A DNA stretch of 64,000 nt from assembly GCA_964634945.1 (NCBI GenBank), contig CAZWMG010000005.1, positions 16,306 through 80,305 of the forward strand, written 5' to 3'. The stretch is from an uncultured Planctomycetia bacterium (GTDB lineage: Bacteria > Omnitrophota > Gorgyraeia > JABMRG01). The notes under the pieces are model-generated. The model did not search any database and was not told where the DNA came from. It worked only from the letters and a program-made list of their open reading frames with translations. The translations under genes were made by a program, and so were the position numbers. Positions within the stretch are counted from its first letter, which is position 1. Every line of letters starts with the position of its first letter. Of this stretch, positions 19,450-32,333 are shown piece after piece.

Positions 19450-22400
19450 TTATTTTTTCTCTACACTCTCAACTTCCGGGCTATCCACCTTCTGCTTTTT
19501 CTTTTTCAGAGTGTCTGCTTTTTTTATAAGTTCAATGTTCCTGTTCTCCGGGAATCCTGTTCCGGCCGGGACAAGATGCCCCATAATCACATTCTCTTTT
19601 AATCCCAGGAGACTGTCAACCTTACCGCTTGACGCGGCTTCTGTAAGTATACGGGTTGTCTCCTGAAAACTAGCCGCGGATATAAAGCTCTCTGTACTTA
19701 ATGATGCCTTTGTTATTCCAAGAAGTATAGGCGTTGCTTTCGCGGGCTTCTTTTTTTTCTTTAAGGCCTTCTGGTTGCCTTCCTGAAAAATAACCCTATC
19801 AACATTAGAACCGACTAAAAAGTCTGTATCTCCCGGGTCATCTATTCTAACCTTCTTTAGCATCTGCCTGACTATAACCTCTATATGCTTATCATTTATT
19901 TTTACGCCCTGGAGACGATACACCTCCTGGACCTCATTTACCAGATACTCCTGAAGCGACTTATCACCCGAAACCTTTAAAATATCCTGTGGGACAACCG
20001 GTCCGTCTATCAGCTGCTGGCCGGCATAAACCCTGTCACCCTTGTAAACATTAAGATGTTTGCCATGCGGAATCAGGTATTCTTTTGTCATGTCTGTAGA
20101 GCTCTTTACGATTATCCTTCTCTGTCCCTTTTTCGACCCACCAAACTCGACAATACCATCTATCTCACTGATTATCGCGGGATCCTTTGGCTTACGTGCC
20201 TCGAATAACTCCGCTACTCTTGGTAGACCACCTGTAATATCTCTTGTCTTGGTAACAACGCGAGGCGTCTTCGCGAGAAGCTCGCCCGCCTTAACCTGGG
20301 AACCATTTTTAACCAAGATGTGAGCGCCTGCCGGTATAGGATATAACGCGGCCACTTCCTTCTTATCATTTTGTATAACAATCTGCGGGTGATACTCACC
20401 CTTATGTTCTATTATAACCGTATCGATAAGCTTGGTCTGAGGGTCCATCTCCTGGCGCATGGTGATACCTTCTTTTACATCCTCAAATCTGATAGTTCCT
20501 GCCATCTCCGTAAGTATCGGAGACATATAAGGATCCCATTTTACAAATATCGCGTCTTTCTTAACCGGCTTATTTTCTTTGACAGCGATGATAGCTCCAT
20601 GTGGAATCGGATAACGCTCGAATTCCCTACCGCTTTCATCATTTATAGATACCTGCCCATTGCGATTTAAGACTATAATCTCCTGGGTGCTGGTCTTTTC
20701 CACTGTTCGTAAATTGTGATATTTTACTATACCATCATTTTTAGATCTTATGAATGCCTGTTCAATAACCCTGCTTGCGGTACCACCTATATGGAAAGTC
20801 CTCATAGTGAGCTGTGTTCCCGGCTCACCTATGGATTGGGCCGCTACGATACCGATAGCCTCTCCCTTTTCTACAAGCCTGAAGGTCGCGAGGTTGCGTC
20901 CATAACATTTAACACATACGCCTTTCTTCGCTTCGCAAGTCAAAACACTTCTTATTCTTATGCGCTCTATGCCCGCTGTCTCTATGCACTCTGCCTTTTC
21001 TTCATCTATCTCATTGCCGGCTTCAACGATCAATTCATCTGTGATAATATCGACTATGTTATCGCATGCTACTCTTCCTATAATTCGTTCCTTGAGGCTA
21101 ACTACAACCTCATCACCTTCAATAATAGCACTGATTAGGATACCGTTTAATGTATTACAATCATCCTCATTTATAATTACATCCTGAGCAACATCAACAA
21201 GCCTTCTGGTCAGATAACCGGAATCCGCGGTCTTTAGCGCTGTATCCGCTAAACCTTTTCGCGCACCATGCGTTGATATGAAATACTCAAGTACTGTAAG
21301 GCCTTCGCGGAAGTTAGCGGTAATAGGATGTTCGATAATCTCTCCGGATGGCTTTGCCATAAGGCCTCTCATTCCAGCAAGCTGTCTTATCTGCTGCCTT
21401 GAACCACGAGCGCCTGAATCCGCCATCATATATATAGGGTTAAACTCCCCTAGATTGTCTATAACCTTCTCAGAAATAACATCCGTAACATGCGTCCATA
21501 TGTCTACAATCTTATTATAGCGCTCACGATCGGTAATAATGCCCTTCCTGTATTGAGCCTGGACATCATTTACCTGCTTTTGAGCGTCACTTATAATCTT
21601 CTTCTTCTCAGGCAAAAGCTTTAGATCATCAACTGATATCGAAAGCCCTGCTTTTGTTGCCCATTTGAAACCTAAGGTTTTTAAGTCATCTAAAAGCGTC
21701 ACAGCCCTGCTATGGCCAAACTGCTTATATGAAGTCGTTATTAAATCCGCTATTTTCTTCTTGTTGATAATGTCGTTAAAAAACGGTAGATTATCAGGCA
21801 GAACCTTATTCAGGATTATTCTACCCGGGGTTGTAACTATGATCTTATCATCTATCATTACCTTTATAAGCGCGTGTATATTCACCTGGCCATCATCATA
21901 AGCGGATATAACCTCGTCCATAGAGGCAAAGGTCATATTTTCTCCGAGCTTACCCTCACTCTCTTTGGTAATATAATGCAGCCCTATAACTATGTCCTGA
22001 GTTGGCGCGACTATCGGCTCACCACTGGATGGTGAAAATATATTATTCGATGCCATCATCAGTAGGCGTGTTTCCATCTGCGCCTCTATAGAAAGTGGTA
22101 CATGCACCGCCATCTGGTCACCATCAAAATCAGCGTTAAACGCTGAACATACAAGTGGGTGAATCCTGATCGCTTTTCCCTCAATCAAGACTGGCTGAAA
22201 TGCCTGTATGCCAAGCCTGTGCAAGGTTGGCGCTCTATTTAATAGTATCGGATGATCCTCTATAACTTCTTCAAGTATATCCCATACCTCTAACTTTGCT
22301 TTTTCCACCATTCTTTTGGCACTCTTAATAGTATGAACAAAACCACGTTCTTTTAACTTCTTTATGATAAAAGGCTCAAACAACTCTAGTGCCATCTTCT

Positions 22401-23478
22401 TAGGAAGTCCGCACTGATGCAGTTTAAGTTCAGGGCCTATAACAATAACAGACCTGCCCGAATAATCTACACGCTTTCCTAAGAGATTCTGCCTAAAACG
22501 CCCTTGCTTGCCCTTTAGCATATCGCTTAAAGACTTTAATGGGCGATTGCCTGTACCAAGTACCGGCCTGCCATGCCTGCCATTATCAAAAAGCGCGTCA
22601 ACCGCTTCCTGTAACATCCTTTTTTCATTTCTTATAATAACTTCTGGAGCTTTTAAGTCTATGAGCTTCTTTAAACGGTTATTCCTGTTGATCACTCGCC
22701 TATAGAGGTCATTTAGATCACTTGTAGCAAAGCGTCCGCCATCAAGAGGCACCAAAGGACGAAGATCCGGAGGTATGACAGGCACTATATCCATTATCAT
22801 CCACTCCGGGCTATTGTCGCTCTGTTTAAATTGCTCGACTATTTTGAGTATCTTTGCCAATCTCTTCTGGCTCTGCTCACCTTTTGAACTCTTAAAATCT
22901 TTTTTAGTCTTTGTTGACAGTTTCGCTAAGTCAACTTTTTTGAGGATCTCTTTGACCGCCTCAGCACCCATCATCGCCTTAAACCCATCTTTGTGCTCTT
23001 GGCTATACTGACGATACTTCTCGTCATTTAGAAGTTCTCTCTCTTTGAGTCCTGTTTCACCGGGATCGATTACAATATACTCTTCGTAGTAAAGAACTTT
23101 CTCAAGCTCTCTTAATGTTATGCCAAGGAGCGTTCCGATCCTTGAAGGCACCACCTTAAAGAACCAGATATGTGAGACAGGTGTAGCAAGCTCTATATGC
23201 CCCATTCTTTCACGTCTAACCTTTGACAGGGTCACCTCTACGCCACAACGATCACATATAATGCCTTTGTGTTTGATACGCTTGTATTTACCACAGCTGC
23301 ACTCCCAGTCTCTTACCGGGCCAAATATCCTCTCACAAAAGAGGCCGTCTTTCTCCGGGCGCAATGTACGATAATTTATGGTTTCGGGTTTCTTTACTTC
23401 ACCCTTAGACCATGATTTTATTACTTCCGGAGACGCTATGTTTATACTAACTGAATCAAATTTTACATCTGAACTCAT
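19450..23478 (-). CDS. rpoC: DNA-directed RNA polymerase beta' subunit
   Basis: 1342 aa with the NADFDGD catalytic motif and a zinc-binding CX2CX..CX2C N-terminus. Confidence 0.97.
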   Translation of the reverse strand: MSSDVKFDSVSINIASPEVIKSWSKGEVKKPETINYRTLRPEKDGLFCERIFGPVRDWECSCGKYKRIKHKGIICDRCGVEVTLSKVRRERMGHIELATPVSHIWFFKVVPSRIGTLLGITLRELEKVLYYEEYIVIDPGETGLKERELLNDEKYRQYSQEHKDGFKAMMGAEAVKEILKKVDLAKLSTKTKKDFKSSKGEQSQKRLAKILKIVEQFKQSDNSPEWMIMDIVPVIPPDLRPLVPLDGGRFATSDLNDLYRRVINRNNRLKKLIDLKAPEVIIRNEKRMLQEAVDALFDNGRHGRPVLGTGNRPLKSLSDMLKGKQGRFRQNLLGKRVDYSGRSVIVIGPELKLHQCGLPKKMALELFEPFIIKKLKERGFVHTIKSAKRMVEKAKLEVWDILEEVIEDHPILLNRAPTLHRLGIQAFQPVLIEGKAIRIHPLVCSAFNADFDGDQMAVHVPLSIEAQMETRLLMMASNNIFSPSSGEPIVAPTQDIVIGLHYITKESEGKLGENMTFASMDEVISAYDDGQVNIHALIKVMIDDKIIVTTPGRIILNKVLPDNLPFFNDIINKKKIADLITTSYKQFGHSRAVTLLDDLKTLGFKWATKAGLSISVDDLKLLPEKKKIISDAQKQVNDVQAQYRKGIITDRERYNKIVDIWTHVTDVISEKVIDNLGEFNPIYMMADSGARGSRQQIRQLAGMRGLMAKPSGEIIEHPITANFREGLTVLEYFISTHGARKGLADTALKTADSGYLTRRLVDVAQDVIINEDDCNTLNGILISAIIEGDEVVVSLKERIIGRVACDNIVDIITDELIVEAGNEIDEEKAECIETAGIERIRIRSVLTCEAKKGVCVKCYGRNLATFRLVEKGEAIGIVAAQSIGEPGTQLTMRTFHIGGTASRVIEQAFIRSKNDGIVKYHNLRTVEKTSTQEIIVLNRNGQVSINDESGREFERYPIPHGAIIAVKENKPVKKDAIFVKWDPYMSPILTEMAGTIRFEDVKEGITMRQEMDPQTKLIDTVIIEHKGEYHPQIVIQNDKKEVAALYPIPAGAHILVKNGSQVKAGELLAKTPRVVTKTRDITGGLPRVAELFEARKPKDPAIISEIDGIVEFGGSKKGQRRIIVKSSTDMTKEYLIPHGKHLNVYKGDRVYAGQQLIDGPVVPQDILKVSGDKSLQEYLVNEVQEVYRLQGVKINDKHIEVIVRQMLKKVRIDDPGDTDFLVGSNVDRVIFQEGNQKALKKKKKPAKATPILLGITKASLSTESFISAASFQETTRILTEAASSGKVDSLLGLKENVIMGHLVPAGTGFPENRNIELIKKADTLKKKKQKVDSPEVESVEKK

Positions 23479-23501
23479 TTATCTCTCTCCGTATGCAACG
23501 G

Positions 23502-26500
23502 TTAACTATCTTTCTGTTCCTTTTTCTCTGTCTTGACATCAAGACCTAAACTCTGCAACTCTTTTACAAGAACATTAAATGATTCCGGCGTACCGGGCGG
23601 AAGAGCATTCTCGCCTTTGACTATAGACTCATACATCCGTGTTCTGCCCATAACATCGTCACTCTTTACAGTCAAAAGCTCCTGCAGGGTATACGCGGCA
23701 CCATATGCTTCCAAGGCCCATACTTCCATCTCACCGAAGCGCTGTCCGCCAAACTGCGCCTTACCTCCAAGCGGCTGTTGCGTAACTAAAGAGTAAGGGC
23801 CAATAGAGCGGGCGTGAATCTTGTCATCTACCAAATGCGCTAATTTCATCATATATATGTAGCCTACGGTTATCTGCTGTTCAAAAGGCTCACCAGTCAG
23901 GCCATCATATAATGTGACTTTACCTGTATCAGGGAGATCGGCCTTCTTCATCTGTACTCTTATCTCTTCCTCAGACGCGCCATCAAATACCGGCGAGGCT
24001 ATCTTGATGCCCAATAATTGCGCGGCCCAGCCAAGGTGGGTCTCAAGCAACTGCCCTACATTCATTCGGGAAGGAACGCCTAGAGGATTTAAAACTATCT
24101 CTACAGGTGTGCCATCAGGAAGGTATGGCATATCTTCTTCAGGTAATATCTTCGCGATAACCCCTTTGTTTCCGTGGCGTCCAGCTATCTTATCGCCTAC
24201 CGAGGCCTTCCGCTTACTGGCAACATTAACAACCACCTTCTTTAATACTCCGGGAGGAAGTTCATCGCCTCTCTTTATCTTATCTATCTCTCTATCTTCT
24301 TCGTAGATCAGGTCTTCTATCTGTTCTTCTAATATCTTTATGATCCTCTTTATCTCTTCTTCCAGCTCCGCTTCTTCAACAGAGAACTTTAAGCTAGCTA
24401 TATCACACTTTGGAAGTTTTTTTACATCTGATTTCTTTATGGTTTTTCCCGCGGCGATTACTATTGATCCGCTCTGCTCATCCAATAATGAGCTTGTAAT
24501 CTTCTTGCCAACAAGAAATTTTGTCAATTTGAGAATCTTGTCCTGCTCCAGTGTCTTTATCTGAGACCCATAATATTCTTTTACTTCGTCAATTTGAGCT
24601 ATCTCTTTAGTGAGCTCTTCTTTGCTCTTTGGTCTCTGTTGTTTTCTGGAAAATATCTTTACATCTATAACCACGCCTTCTACTCCCGGCGGAACTACAA
24701 GAGAGGCATCACGCACATCACCTGCTTTTTCACCGAAAATCGCGCGCAAAAGCTTTTCCTCAGGGGAGAGTTCAGTCTCGCTTTTTGGCATAACCTTGCC
24801 TACAAGTATATCACCGGGGCCTACCTCCGCGCCTACATGTATTATGCCTTCTTCATCAAGGTTCTTAAGCGCTTCTTCACTGATATTAGGTATATCCCTT
24901 GTTATATCCTCAGGCCCAAGCCTGGTATCTCTTGCCTCAATACCAAACTCTTCTATATGTATCGAGGTAAACATGTCGTCTTTTACAAGCTTTTGGCTTA
25001 TCAGGATAGCATCCTCAAAATTATAGCCTCTCCATGGCATAAACGCGACAAGCAGGTTATACCCTAACGCAAGCTCTCCATTATTTGTAGCAGCCCCATC
25101 CGCGATAACATCACCCGCCTTAACCTTCTGCCCAAGCTTGACTAAGGCCCTCTGGTTAACACATGTTGACGCGTTTGATCGCTGATATTTTTTTAATTTA
25201 TATGTTTTTTCGCCTACCTGTATCTCGTCGGACTGAATACTCTTTACTGCGCCGGAATTATTCGCTATTACCATAGCCCCTGAATCACGGGCCACTTTTG
25301 CCTCCATGCCGGTGCCGACTAATGGCTCCTGTGCCCTGAGCAAAGGTACTGCCTGGCGTTGCATGTTTGACCCCATCAATGCCCTGTTGGCATCATCATG
25401 CTCTAAGAATGGTATAATACTAGCTGCTACACTAACCAGCTGCGTTGGAGAAACATCAATATACTGGACCTGCTTAGGTCCTATTTTTGGAAAATCAGAT
25501 TTGTATCTACAAAATACCAGATCCTCTGTGAATCGGCCCTGTGCGTCAACTTTTGAGTTAGCCTGGGCAATATAATAATTATCTTCTACGTCAGCGGAAA
25601 GATATTCAACCTTCTTTGTCAATTTGCCATTTTCTACCTTTAGATAAGGGGTTTCTATGAAACCGAACTCATTTATCCGCGCATACGTGGAGAGCGAAGC
25701 GATAAGCCCTATGTTCGGGCCTTCAGGTGTCTCAATAGGACAAACTCTGCCATAATGCGAATAGTGTACATCTCTTACCTCAAATCCGGCTCTCTCCCTT
25801 GACAAACCTCCTGGCCCAAGAGCGGATACCCTTCTTTTGTGGGTCATCTCAGCTAGAGGGTTAGTCTGATCCATAAACTGAGAAAGCTGGCTTCTGCCAA
25901 AAAAGTCCTTTATGACACCGGAGACTAACTTTGAGTTAATAAGATTGTGCGGCATAATATTCTCGAGGTCGTATATTGACATCCTCTCTTTAACGGCACG
26001 CTCCAATCTTGTAAATCCTATTCTAAATTGATTGAGTAAAAGCTCCCCTATAGTACGAACTCTTCTATTGCCAAGGTGGTCTATATCATCAGTCTGGCCT
26101 TCTGTAAGCTTTAAATCCACTAATCTCTTAATGGTCCTTACAACAGTCTCGTTATCAAGAACTCTCTGCTCAAGAGGTACCTTTATGTCAAGTTTCCTGT
26201 TGAGCATATAGCGGCCAACCTTGCTCAAATCGTATCGTTTCTTATCAAAAAATAATGTGTCAAGAAGCGCCTTTGCGCTCTCTATTGTTGGGGGGTCACC
26301 TGGGCGCATCTTACGATAAATCTCTATTAGCGCGTCATCTGTGGACTTTGCGTGATCCTTTGCCATCGTATTTATTATGTCTTCAGAGGGTTCTTCTATA
26401 ATTTTTATGCTATCAACCTTGCCTGAAGCAATTTTCGCCGCTGACTCCTTAGTAATCTTTTCCCTTTGCTGCATTAATGTAAAACCGGTATCGTTATCAA

Positions 26501-27209
26501 CGACCTCTGAAACTACTATTGAACCTATATACTTATTTAAATTTGCAAGAGAAGGCTTTTCTATTTCTACTATATTGCTAAATATCTTTAATATATCCTC
26601 GTCCTGGGAAAATCCAAGCGCCCTTAAAAATACTGTGGAGAGAACCTTCTTGCGCCTGTCTATATAAGCGTGAAGATTGTCATACGCGTCAAATTCAAAT
26701 TCGAGCCACGCACCCCTGTAAGGTATTAACCGTGCGCTATAAATCTTCTTACCATTAGGATGTAGTTCTGATTCAAATGACACTCCCGGTGAGCGATGGA
26801 GCTGACTGACAACAACTCTTTCATCACCATTTATTATAAAAGTGCCAACAGGGGTCATAAGAGGAAGATCGCCGATATAAACCTCTTGCTCCTTCATGCA
26901 GTCTTGCATGCGCAAACGAACCTTAAGCTTTAGCGAAGCGGCATAAGTCATGCTTCTGACCTTGCACTCATCAATATCATACTTCGGTTTGGCCAGGGAA
27001 TAACTTACAAATTCAAGACGGCAGTTACCATCATAGCTCTCTATCGGAAAGATACTGGTAAATACTTCCTGCAGGCCATGGTCCTTGCGCTTTGTGCGAG
27101 GCACACCAACCTGAATAAAATCATTAAATGAATTTACCTGTACCTCTAACAGATTAGGTATCGGGTATGCATGCTTAACTTTAGAAAAGTTTTTTCTCTG
27201 CATTGTCAT
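23502..27209 (-). CDS. rpoB: DNA-directed RNA polymerase beta subunit
   Basis: 1235 aa with ...[19 protein letters not shown]... motifs. Confidence 0.97.
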   Translation of the reverse strand: MTMQRKNFSKVKHAYPIPNLLEVQVNSFNDFIQVGVPRTKRKDHGLQEVFTSIFPIESYDGNCRLEFVSYSLAKPKYDIDECKVRSMTYAASLKLKVRLRMQDCMKEQEVYIGDLPLMTPVGTFIINGDERVVVSQLHRSPGVSFESELHPNGKKIYSARLIPYRGAWLEFEFDAYDNLHAYIDRRKKVLSTVFLRALGFSQDEDILKIFSNIVEIEKPSLANLNKYIGSIVVSEVVDNDTGFTLMQQREKITKESAAKIASGKVDSIKIIEEPSEDIINTMAKDHAKSTDDALIEIYRKMRPGDPPTIESAKALLDTLFFDKKRYDLSKVGRYMLNRKLDIKVPLEQRVLDNETVVRTIKRLVDLKLTEGQTDDIDHLGNRRVRTIGELLLNQFRIGFTRLERAVKERMSIYDLENIMPHNLINSKLVSGVIKDFFGRSQLSQFMDQTNPLAEMTHKRRVSALGPGGLSRERAGFEVRDVHYSHYGRVCPIETPEGPNIGLIASLSTYARINEFGFIETPYLKVENGKLTKKVEYLSADVEDNYYIAQANSKVDAQGRFTEDLVFCRYKSDFPKIGPKQVQYIDVSPTQLVSVAASIIPFLEHDDANRALMGSNMQRQAVPLLRAQEPLVGTGMEAKVARDSGAMVIANNSGAVKSIQSDEIQVGEKTYKLKKYQRSNASTCVNQRALVKLGQKVKAGDVIADGAATNNGELALGYNLLVAFMPWRGYNFEDAILISQKLVKDDMFTSIHIEEFGIEARDTRLGPEDITRDIPNISEEALKNLDEEGIIHVGAEVGPGDILVGKVMPKSETELSPEEKLLRAIFGEKAGDVRDASLVVPPGVEGVVIDVKIFSRKQQRPKSKEELTKEIAQIDEVKEYYGSQIKTLEQDKILKLTKFLVGKKITSSLLDEQSGSIVIAAGKTIKKSDVKKLPKCDIASLKFSVEEAELEEEIKRIIKILEEQIEDLIYEEDREIDKIKRGDELPPGVLKKVVVNVASKRKASVGDKIAGRHGNKGVIAKILPEEDMPYLPDGTPVEIVLNPLGVPSRMNVGQLLETHLGWAAQLLGIKIASPVFDGASEEEIRVQMKKADLPDTGKVTLYDGLTGEPFEQQITVGYIYMMKLAHLVDDKIHARSIGPYSLVTQQPLGGKAQFGGQRFGEMEVWALEAYGAAYTLQELLTVKSDDVMGRTRMYESIVKGENALPPGTPESFNVLVKELQSLGLDVKTEKKEQKDS

Positions 27210-27288
27210 GCTTATCCTATTTTGTTAACTCTCGTTATAGTTCGGATGCTTCTATCTTTTAAACTATTAAGCTAAAAAGAAGACCAAA

Positions 27289-27768
27289 CTATTTAAGCTC
27301 AATCTTTGCTCCGGTAGCTTCAACCTTCTTCTTTATCTCTTCTGCCTCTGCCTTAGGGATGCCTTCCTTAATAGCCTTTGGCGCGGCCTCTACCAAATCT
27401 TTTGCTTCTTTTAGGCCTAAGCTAGTTACAGCGCGTATCTCTTTTATGACCTGTATCTTATTGGCACCGATCTCAGTAAGCACTACATCAAATGCGGTCT
27501 TCTCTTCTTCCGCCGCGGCTGCTCCGCCGCCAGCTGCTCCGCCAGCTTGGGCAACCATCATTGGGGCCTGTGCTGAAACGTCAAATTTTTCTTCAAGCAC
27601 CTTAACAAGTGATGAGAGCTCTATGACCGACATATTCTCGATCTTTGATACAAACTCCTCTTGCTCTTTTGTCATGGTAAGTTTTGCGCCTTCTTTTTCT
27701 TTCTTGGGCTGTTCCTTTACATCGGCCTGAGCCGCTTTTGTCTCTTCCTGTTTCATTTCATCTGCCAT
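27289..27768 (-). CDS. rplL: 50S ribosomal protein L7/L12 with ~30-aa K/E-rich N-terminal extension
   Basis: Core [19 protein letters not shown] ... [39 protein letters not shown]. Strong SD AAGGAGG sits 6 nt before the first ATG and supports the long form. Confidence 0.9.
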   Translation of the reverse strand: MADEMKQEETKAAQADVKEQPKKEKEGAKLTMTKEQEEFVSKIENMSVIELSSLVKVLEEKFDVSAQAPMMVAQAGGAAGGGAAAAEEEKTAFDVVLTEIGANKIQVIKEIRAVTSLGLKEAKDLVEAAPKAIKEGIPKAEAEEIKKKVEATGAKIELK

Positions 27769-27847
27769 TTGATTCCTCCTTGTATTGAATCGTTTTATCG
27801 TGAATCGTCAATCAGTAAAAAAATATAGGATAAATAGGCACTGCGGA

Positions 27848-28393
27848 CTAGTTATCCTCTTCCTTTTTTCTTATGATATCATTAATCGTATACAATAATT
27901 TCTTTATAACGCCTGAGCAGACCGAAACTAGCCCTACTACAGGTGAATTAATCGCCGCTAATAGACGTCCTATCAGTACCTCACGGCTTGGCATAGCCGC
28001 AAGTTCCTTAATCGTATCGACATTGATAACACCACCATCAACATAACCGCCTTTTACCTGAAAGCACTCATTTTTTTTCGCAAAATCAACCAACGCCTTG
28101 GAAGTCGCGACCGGATCACTGTTTGTATGTCCTATCGCGCATGAGCCATCGATTAAATCCACTAGGCTATCTAACTTTAGGCCCCTAAGAGCAGTCTTAC
28201 AAAGCGAATTATTTATAACAAGATAGCTACTTGATGCGACCTTAAGTTTCTTTCTTAACGCTTCAAGCTGCTTATTTGTAAGCCCTGTAAAATCTGTCAC
28301 AAATAGGGATGATGAATCCTTTAATCTTTCAGTGTACTCTTTTATAATGCGGGTCTTTAAAAATCTGCCTGGCTTAAGCTGTTTCTCCATCAT
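27848..28393 (-). CDS. rplJ: 50S ribosomal protein L10
   Basis: 181 aa in the L1-L10-L12 position with the ...LFVTDFTGLTNKQLEALRKKL... pattern. Confidence 0.9.
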   Translation of the reverse strand: MMEKQLKPGRFLKTRIIKEYTERLKDSSSLFVTDFTGLTNKQLEALRKKLKVASSSYLVINNSLCKTALRGLKLDSLVDLIDGSCAIGHTNSDPVATSKALVDFAKKNECFQVKGGYVDGGVINVDTIKELAAMPSREVLIGRLLAAINSPVVGLVSVCSGVIKKLLYTINDIIRKKEEDN

Positions 28394-28411
28394 AATCCTC
28401 TATATAGATAA

Positions 28412-29092
28412 TTAATATTTAGACGCGTCTAACCTGATACCCGGACCCATAGTTGTTGAGATCGAGATACCTCTTAGGAACTTACCCTTTACATGGGCTG
28501 GCCTTACATGAACAATAGCGTCAATCACAGTTTTCGTGTTTTCTACTATAGCCTCTGCCTCGAAAGAGAGCTTTGCTATAGTCATATTAATGCATCCAAG
28601 CTTGTCCATCTTAAATTCAACCTTACCAGCCCTGACTTCTTTTATAGCTTTCTCTACATCCATTGCTACTGTTCCTGCCTTCGGGCTTGGCATAAGACCT
28701 CTAGGGCCTAGTACCTTACCTAATTTACTTAAATCCTTCATCATCTCAGGCATGGCGATGACCGTATCAAACTCTAGATAACCACCAGCTACTTTTTCGA
28801 TCAGATCGTCTGCCCCAACAATATCCGCACCCGCTTCTTTTGCTTTTTGCGCATGTTCGCCTTTGCAAAAAACAGCCACCTTTATTGTTTTTCCTGTACC
28901 ATGCGGAAGAACTACCGAGCCTCTTATAGATTGTGATAATTCTTTTGCGGCTAGATTTAATTTTATAGCGAGATCAATGCTCTCATTAAATTTAGCGGTA
29001 GGCACACTCTTTAAAGTAGTAACTGCCTCGTTTAAATCATACAACTTTGATTTGTCTACTAATTTATTTGCTTCTGCAAGTCTTTTACTCAT
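28412..29092 (-). CDS. rplA: 50S ribosomal protein L1
   Basis: 226 aa with ...GTGKTIKVAVFCKGE...GADIVGADDLIEKV... Confidence 0.95.
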   Translation of the reverse strand: MSKRLAEANKLVDKSKLYDLNEAVTTLKSVPTAKFNESIDLAIKLNLAAKELSQSIRGSVVLPHGTGKTIKVAVFCKGEHAQKAKEAGADIVGADDLIEKVAGGYLEFDTVIAMPEMMKDLSKLGKVLGPRGLMPSPKAGTVAMDVEKAIKEVRAGKVEFKMDKLGCINMTIAKLSFEAEAIVENTKTVIDAIVHVRPAHVKGKFLRGISISTTMGPGIRLDASKY

Positions 29093-29095
29093 TTT

Positions 29096-29518
29096 TTATC
29101 CAATATCTATGCCCATACTGCGTGCTGTGCCTTCTACTATCTTAAGGGCCTGTTCTACATCATCTGTATTAAGGTCTTCCATCTTGACCTTCGCAATCTC
29201 GATTGCGTCCTCTCTTGAAACCTTGCCAACCTTTTCCTTGTTTGGAACTCCAGAGGCCTTTGCTATGTTCGCCGCTTTCTTAAGAAGCACTGAGCATGGT
29301 GGGCTCTTTATTATAAATGTGTATGTCCTATCCTCGTATACGCTGATTACCACAGGTAGTGTAAGCCCTTGTTTATCCTTGGTCTTTTCATTAAATGCTT
29401 TGCAGAATTCCATGATATTTAAGCCATGCTGACCAAGCGCAGGCCCTACAGGAGGAGCGGGGTTTGCTTGTCCTCCCGGACAATATAATTTTATCTGTGT
29501 CTTTACTTTTTTAGCCAT
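29096..29518 (-). CDS. rplK: 50S ribosomal protein L11 (start trimmed to [11 protein letters not shown])
   Basis: [24 protein letters not shown]. The ORF-track N-extension overlaps nusG. Confidence 0.9.
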   Translation of the reverse strand: MAKKVKTQIKLYCPGGQANPAPPVGPALGQHGLNIMEFCKAFNEKTKDKQGLTLPVVISVYEDRTYTFIIKSPPCSVLLKKAANIAKASGVPNKEKVGKVSREDAIEIAKVKMEDLNTDDVEQALKIVEGTARSMGIDIG

Positions 29519-29519
29519 C

Positions 29520-30062
29520 TTACAACCTCTCGACCTGCCAATATTCAAGCTCGACAGGGGTTGACCTGCCAAATATCATTACTGAGACTTTAAGCTTGCC
29601 TTTTGCAGGATTAAGATCTTCTATGTTACCGTTAAAATTCGTGAATGGGCCGTCTTTGACCCTTACGCTTTCGCCCTTGCTGAATGTCACCTTTGGCATG
29701 GGCTTTTCTTTCTTCTCTTCTGTCTGCTTTAGTATGCTTTTTACTTCTTCTTCCTGTAACGGTGTCGGCTTAGAACCTGAGCTGATAAAACCTGTAACCC
29801 CTGGGGTATTCTTAACAAGATACCAGCACTCATCGGTAAGTTCCATCTCAACAAGTACATACCCCGGAAAAAACTTTCTCTCTGATATCTTTTTCTTACC
29901 TGCTTTTACCTCTGAAACTACTTCTGTTGGTATTATAACCTGGGCAATTTTGTCCTGAATCTTGCTACGTTCAAGCCGGCCTAATAAATTAGCCTTTACT
30001 TTTTCTTCCTGACCTGTCAACGTATGTAGGACGTACCAAAGTTTACCCATATAATTCACCAA
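29520..30062 (-). CDS. nusG: Transcription termination/antitermination factor NusG
   Basis: [23 protein letters not shown] domain with C-terminal KOW ([18 protein letters not shown]). Confidence 0.9.
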   Translation of the reverse strand: MVNYMGKLWYVLHTLTGQEEKVKANLLGRLERSKIQDKIAQVIIPTEVVSEVKAGKKKISERKFFPGYVLVEMELTDECWYLVKNTPGVTGFISSGSKPTPLQEEEVKSILKQTEEKKEKPMPKVTFSKGESVRVKDGPFTNFNGNIEDLNPAKGKLKVSVMIFGRSTPVELEYWQVERL

Positions 30063-30076
30063 TCTATGCTATTAAA

Positions 30077-30262
30077 CTATTTTATAAGCAAATGTACAGC
30101 CTTTGAGAAAATAAAATCACATATACCGATATAAAAAGCCATGGCAGCTACGCTTATTATGACTATCGTTGTCGACCCTATCAACTCACTTCTGGTGGGC
30201 CATGACACCTTTTTGAGCTCAACTGTTACTTCACTTACAAAATTCTTAATCTTCGCGAACAT
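30077..30262 (-). CDS. secE: Preprotein translocase SecE (start trimmed; the ORF-track extension runs into tRNA-Trp)
   Basis: 61 aa with a single TM helix, MFAKIKNFVSEVTVELKKVSWPTRSELIGSTTIVIISVAAMAFYIGICDF. Confidence 0.8.
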   Translation of the reverse strand: MFAKIKNFVSEVTVELKKVSWPTRSELIGSTTIVIISVAAMAFYIGICDFIFSKAVHLLIK

Positions 30263-30289
30263 CTTTTTATAATCTACCTTTCGAAACGA

Positions 30290-30367
30290 TGGCAGGCCTG
30301 GAGGGATTCGAACCCCCATCACGCGGCTTTGGAGACCACTGCTCTAGCCAATTAGAGCTACAGGCCT
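30290..30367 (-). tRNA. trnW: tRNA-Trp (anticodon CCA), CCA end encoded
   Basis: AGGCCTGTAGCTCTAATTGGCTAGAGCAGTGGTCTCCAAAGCCGCGTGATGGGGGTTCGAATCCCTCCAGGCCTGCCA. The cloverleaf is read by hand. Confidence 0.9.
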
Positions 30368-30620
30368 TTAAAAATATATTGTCAAAAACGCGTTAAAAAC
30401 CTGCCAACTGCTGCTGGCAGGTTTTTTATTGATATTATAGATTTTATGTACTATTTAACTTCTTTATGCGGCGTTCTACGATGGCAAAACTTACAGAACT
30501 TACTCATCTCCAGTTTTTCAGTTGTATTCTTCTTATTCTTAGTAGTAGAATACCATCTGTTTTTACATTCTGTACACGCTAGTAATATCTGTTCCCGCAT
30601 TATGTTTTCCTTAGTGCTTG

Positions 30621-30721
30621 GATCCTTCAGATGCTCCTGTTAGTCGCATCCTCAGGATAAATTCGCCCTATACAATTTACGTCATTATGCTTTTATCAGC
30701 ATCCGTAAATTGTGGGCTCAT
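30621..30721. repeat. Bipartite structured intergenic repeat, copy 3' of tuf(2); its distal half lies inside the tuf duplication
   Basis: GGATCCTTCagatgctcctgttagtcGCATCCTCAGGATAAATTCGCCCTATACAATTTACG...CGTAAATTGTGGGCTCATTTA. It is identical to copy 1 from 30646 onward. Confidence 0.55.
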
Positions 30722-31924
30722 TTATTTAATTATCTCGCTTATAACACCGGCGCCTACTGTCCTGCCGCCTTCTCTGATAGCAAAACGAAGCTCTTTTTCC
30801 ATAGCTATAGGTGTTATCAATGTTATTTCCATAGTCACTTTATCGCCAGGCATTACCATCTCAACGCCCTCAGCGAGTTTTGCTATACCGGTTACATCTG
30901 TGGTTCTGAAATAGAACTGTGGGCGATATCCATTAAAGAAAGGCGTATGACGTCCGCCCTCTTCCTTAGTTAAGATATATACCTCTGCGTTAAACACTGT
31001 ATGAGGAGTAATAGAACCAGGCTTAGCAAGTACCATGCCGCGCTCTATATCCTTCTTATCTGTTCCCCTTAAGAGTATTCCTACGTTGTCTCCGGCCTGG
31101 CCTTCATCAAGAAGTTTCCTGAACATCTCCACACCCGTTACAACAGACTTCTGGGCCTCAGGGCGCATGCCGATTATCTCAATATTCTCACTTACCTTTA
31201 CGATACCTCGCTCTATTCTTCCTGTTGCTACGGTACCACGGCCGGTAATAGAAAAGACGTCTTCAACAGCCATAAGGAATGGCTTTTCAACGTCTCTTTT
31301 TGGGGTCGGTATATTCTCATCTACAGCCTTCATAAGCTCTGTTATAGATTTGCAGCTATCGCAATCTTCTTTACCGCAGCCGCACTCCATGGCCTTTAAG
31401 GCTGAACCTTTTATTATAGGTATCTTATCCCCTGGGAATTCATATTTAGAAAGAAGCTCTCTTATCTCAAGCTCTACTAGGTCAAGAAGCTCCGGGTCAT
31501 CAACCATATCTACTTTGTTCAGATAAACAACTACTGAAGGCACGTTTACCTGACGCGCTAAAAGGATATGCTCTCTTGTCTGAGGCATAGGTCCATCCGC
31601 CGCGGATACAACCAGGATAGCTCCATCCATCTGCGCGGCGCCTGTGATCATATTCTTGATATAATCAGCATGGCCCGGGCAGTCTACGTGGGCATAATGA
31701 CGGTTGTCTGTCTCATACTCAACGTGGGCTATAGCGATAGTTATACCACGCTCTTTCTCTTCAGGGGCCTTATCAATAGAATCAAATGAACGTACCTCAG
31801 CATGACCCTTCTTGCTCAAGCACATTGTGATAGCTGAAGTAAGAGTTGTCTTGCCATGATCTACGTGGCCTACGGTACCTATATTAAGATGCGGTTTTGT
31901 TCGTAAAAATTTTTCCTTTGCCAT
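30722..31924 (-). CDS. tuf: Elongation factor Tu, copy 2
   Basis: Identical 400-aa product. Nucleotide identity with copy 1 runs over ~30646-31942 versus ~15000-16296. Confidence 0.97.
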   Translation of the reverse strand: MAKEKFLRTKPHLNIGTVGHVDHGKTTLTSAITMCLSKKGHAEVRSFDSIDKAPEEKERGITIAIAHVEYETDNRHYAHVDCPGHADYIKNMITGAAQMDGAILVVSAADGPMPQTREHILLARQVNVPSVVVYLNKVDMVDDPELLDLVELEIRELLSKYEFPGDKIPIIKGSALKAMECGCGKEDCDSCKSITELMKAVDENIPTPKRDVEKPFLMAVEDVFSITGRGTVATGRIERGIVKVSENIEIIGMRPEAQKSVVTGVEMFRKLLDEGQAGDNVGILLRGTDKKDIERGMVLAKPGSITPHTVFNAEVYILTKEEGGRHTPFFNGYRPQFYFRTTDVTGIAKLAEGVEMVMPGDKVTMEITLITPIAMEKELRFAIREGGRTVGAGVISEIIK

Positions 31925-31993
31925 TGTTACTCCTTTGTTTTACTAATGTATTTATATAATATTATATAAACAAAAAAATACACATAATTCTTC

Positions 31994-32069
31994 TGGAGCT
32001 GCTGACGGGAATCGAACCCGTGACCTCGTCCTTACCAAGGACGCACTCTACCAACTGAGCTACAGCAGC
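31994..32069 (-). tRNA. trnT: tRNA-Thr (anticodon GGT)
   Basis: GCTGCTGTAGCTCAGTTGGTAGAGTGCGTCCTTGGTAAGGACGAGGTCACGGGTTCGATTCCCGTCAGCAGCTCCA. It occupies the classical thrT-tufB position. Confidence 0.9.
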
Positions 32070-32126
32070 GGAAGAAAGCCATTGTAGCCTCTTACGCTGT
32101 TATTGTATTTAAGAAATGGAATGTTT

Positions 32127-32154
32127 ATTGTACCAAAAAAAACTTTTTTGTCAA
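32127..32154 (-). promoter_or_regulatory. Near-consensus sigma70-type promoter for the tRNA-Thr/tuf transcript (TTGACA-16-TACAAT) with an A-rich UP-like region
   Basis: Minus strand has GCAAAAAAAATACTTAAAAAAACGC TTGACA aaaaagttttttttgg TACAAT. The -10 element lies about 58 nt upstream of the tRNA 5' end. Confidence 0.5.
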
Positions 32155-32178
32155 GCGTTTTTTTAAGTATTTTTTTTG

Positions 32179-32278
32179 CACAATTTACGCGAGCAAAACG
32201 AGAGTAAATTGTATGCAAAAATTATATCCTGAGCCCCTATGCTTTATTGTAAAAGCGAGAATATGGGCGAAGGATCTC
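32179..32278. repeat. Bipartite structured intergenic repeat, inverted-orientation copy between the hypothetical gene and the tRNA-Thr promoter
   Basis: Minus strand has GAGATCCTTCG-cccATATTCTCGCTTTTACAATAAAGCATAGGGG-CTCAGGATATAATTtttGCATACAATTTAC-loop-GTAAATTGTG. This has the same modules as 14981-15075, plus an inserted hairpin of the 1868-1901 type. Confidence 0.5.
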
Positions 32279-32333
32279 AACTTTGAATATGAAATATCCG
32301 AAGAAGCTAAATATAAATCAAAGCGGACTGCTT

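Noticed and set aside
27210-27288. rplL-rpoB intergenic attenuator or terminator.
   Set aside because: Only weak, imperfect inverted repeats are present (CTATTAAGCT / CTATTTAAGCT direct repeats). I cannot support a discrete feature from sequence alone.
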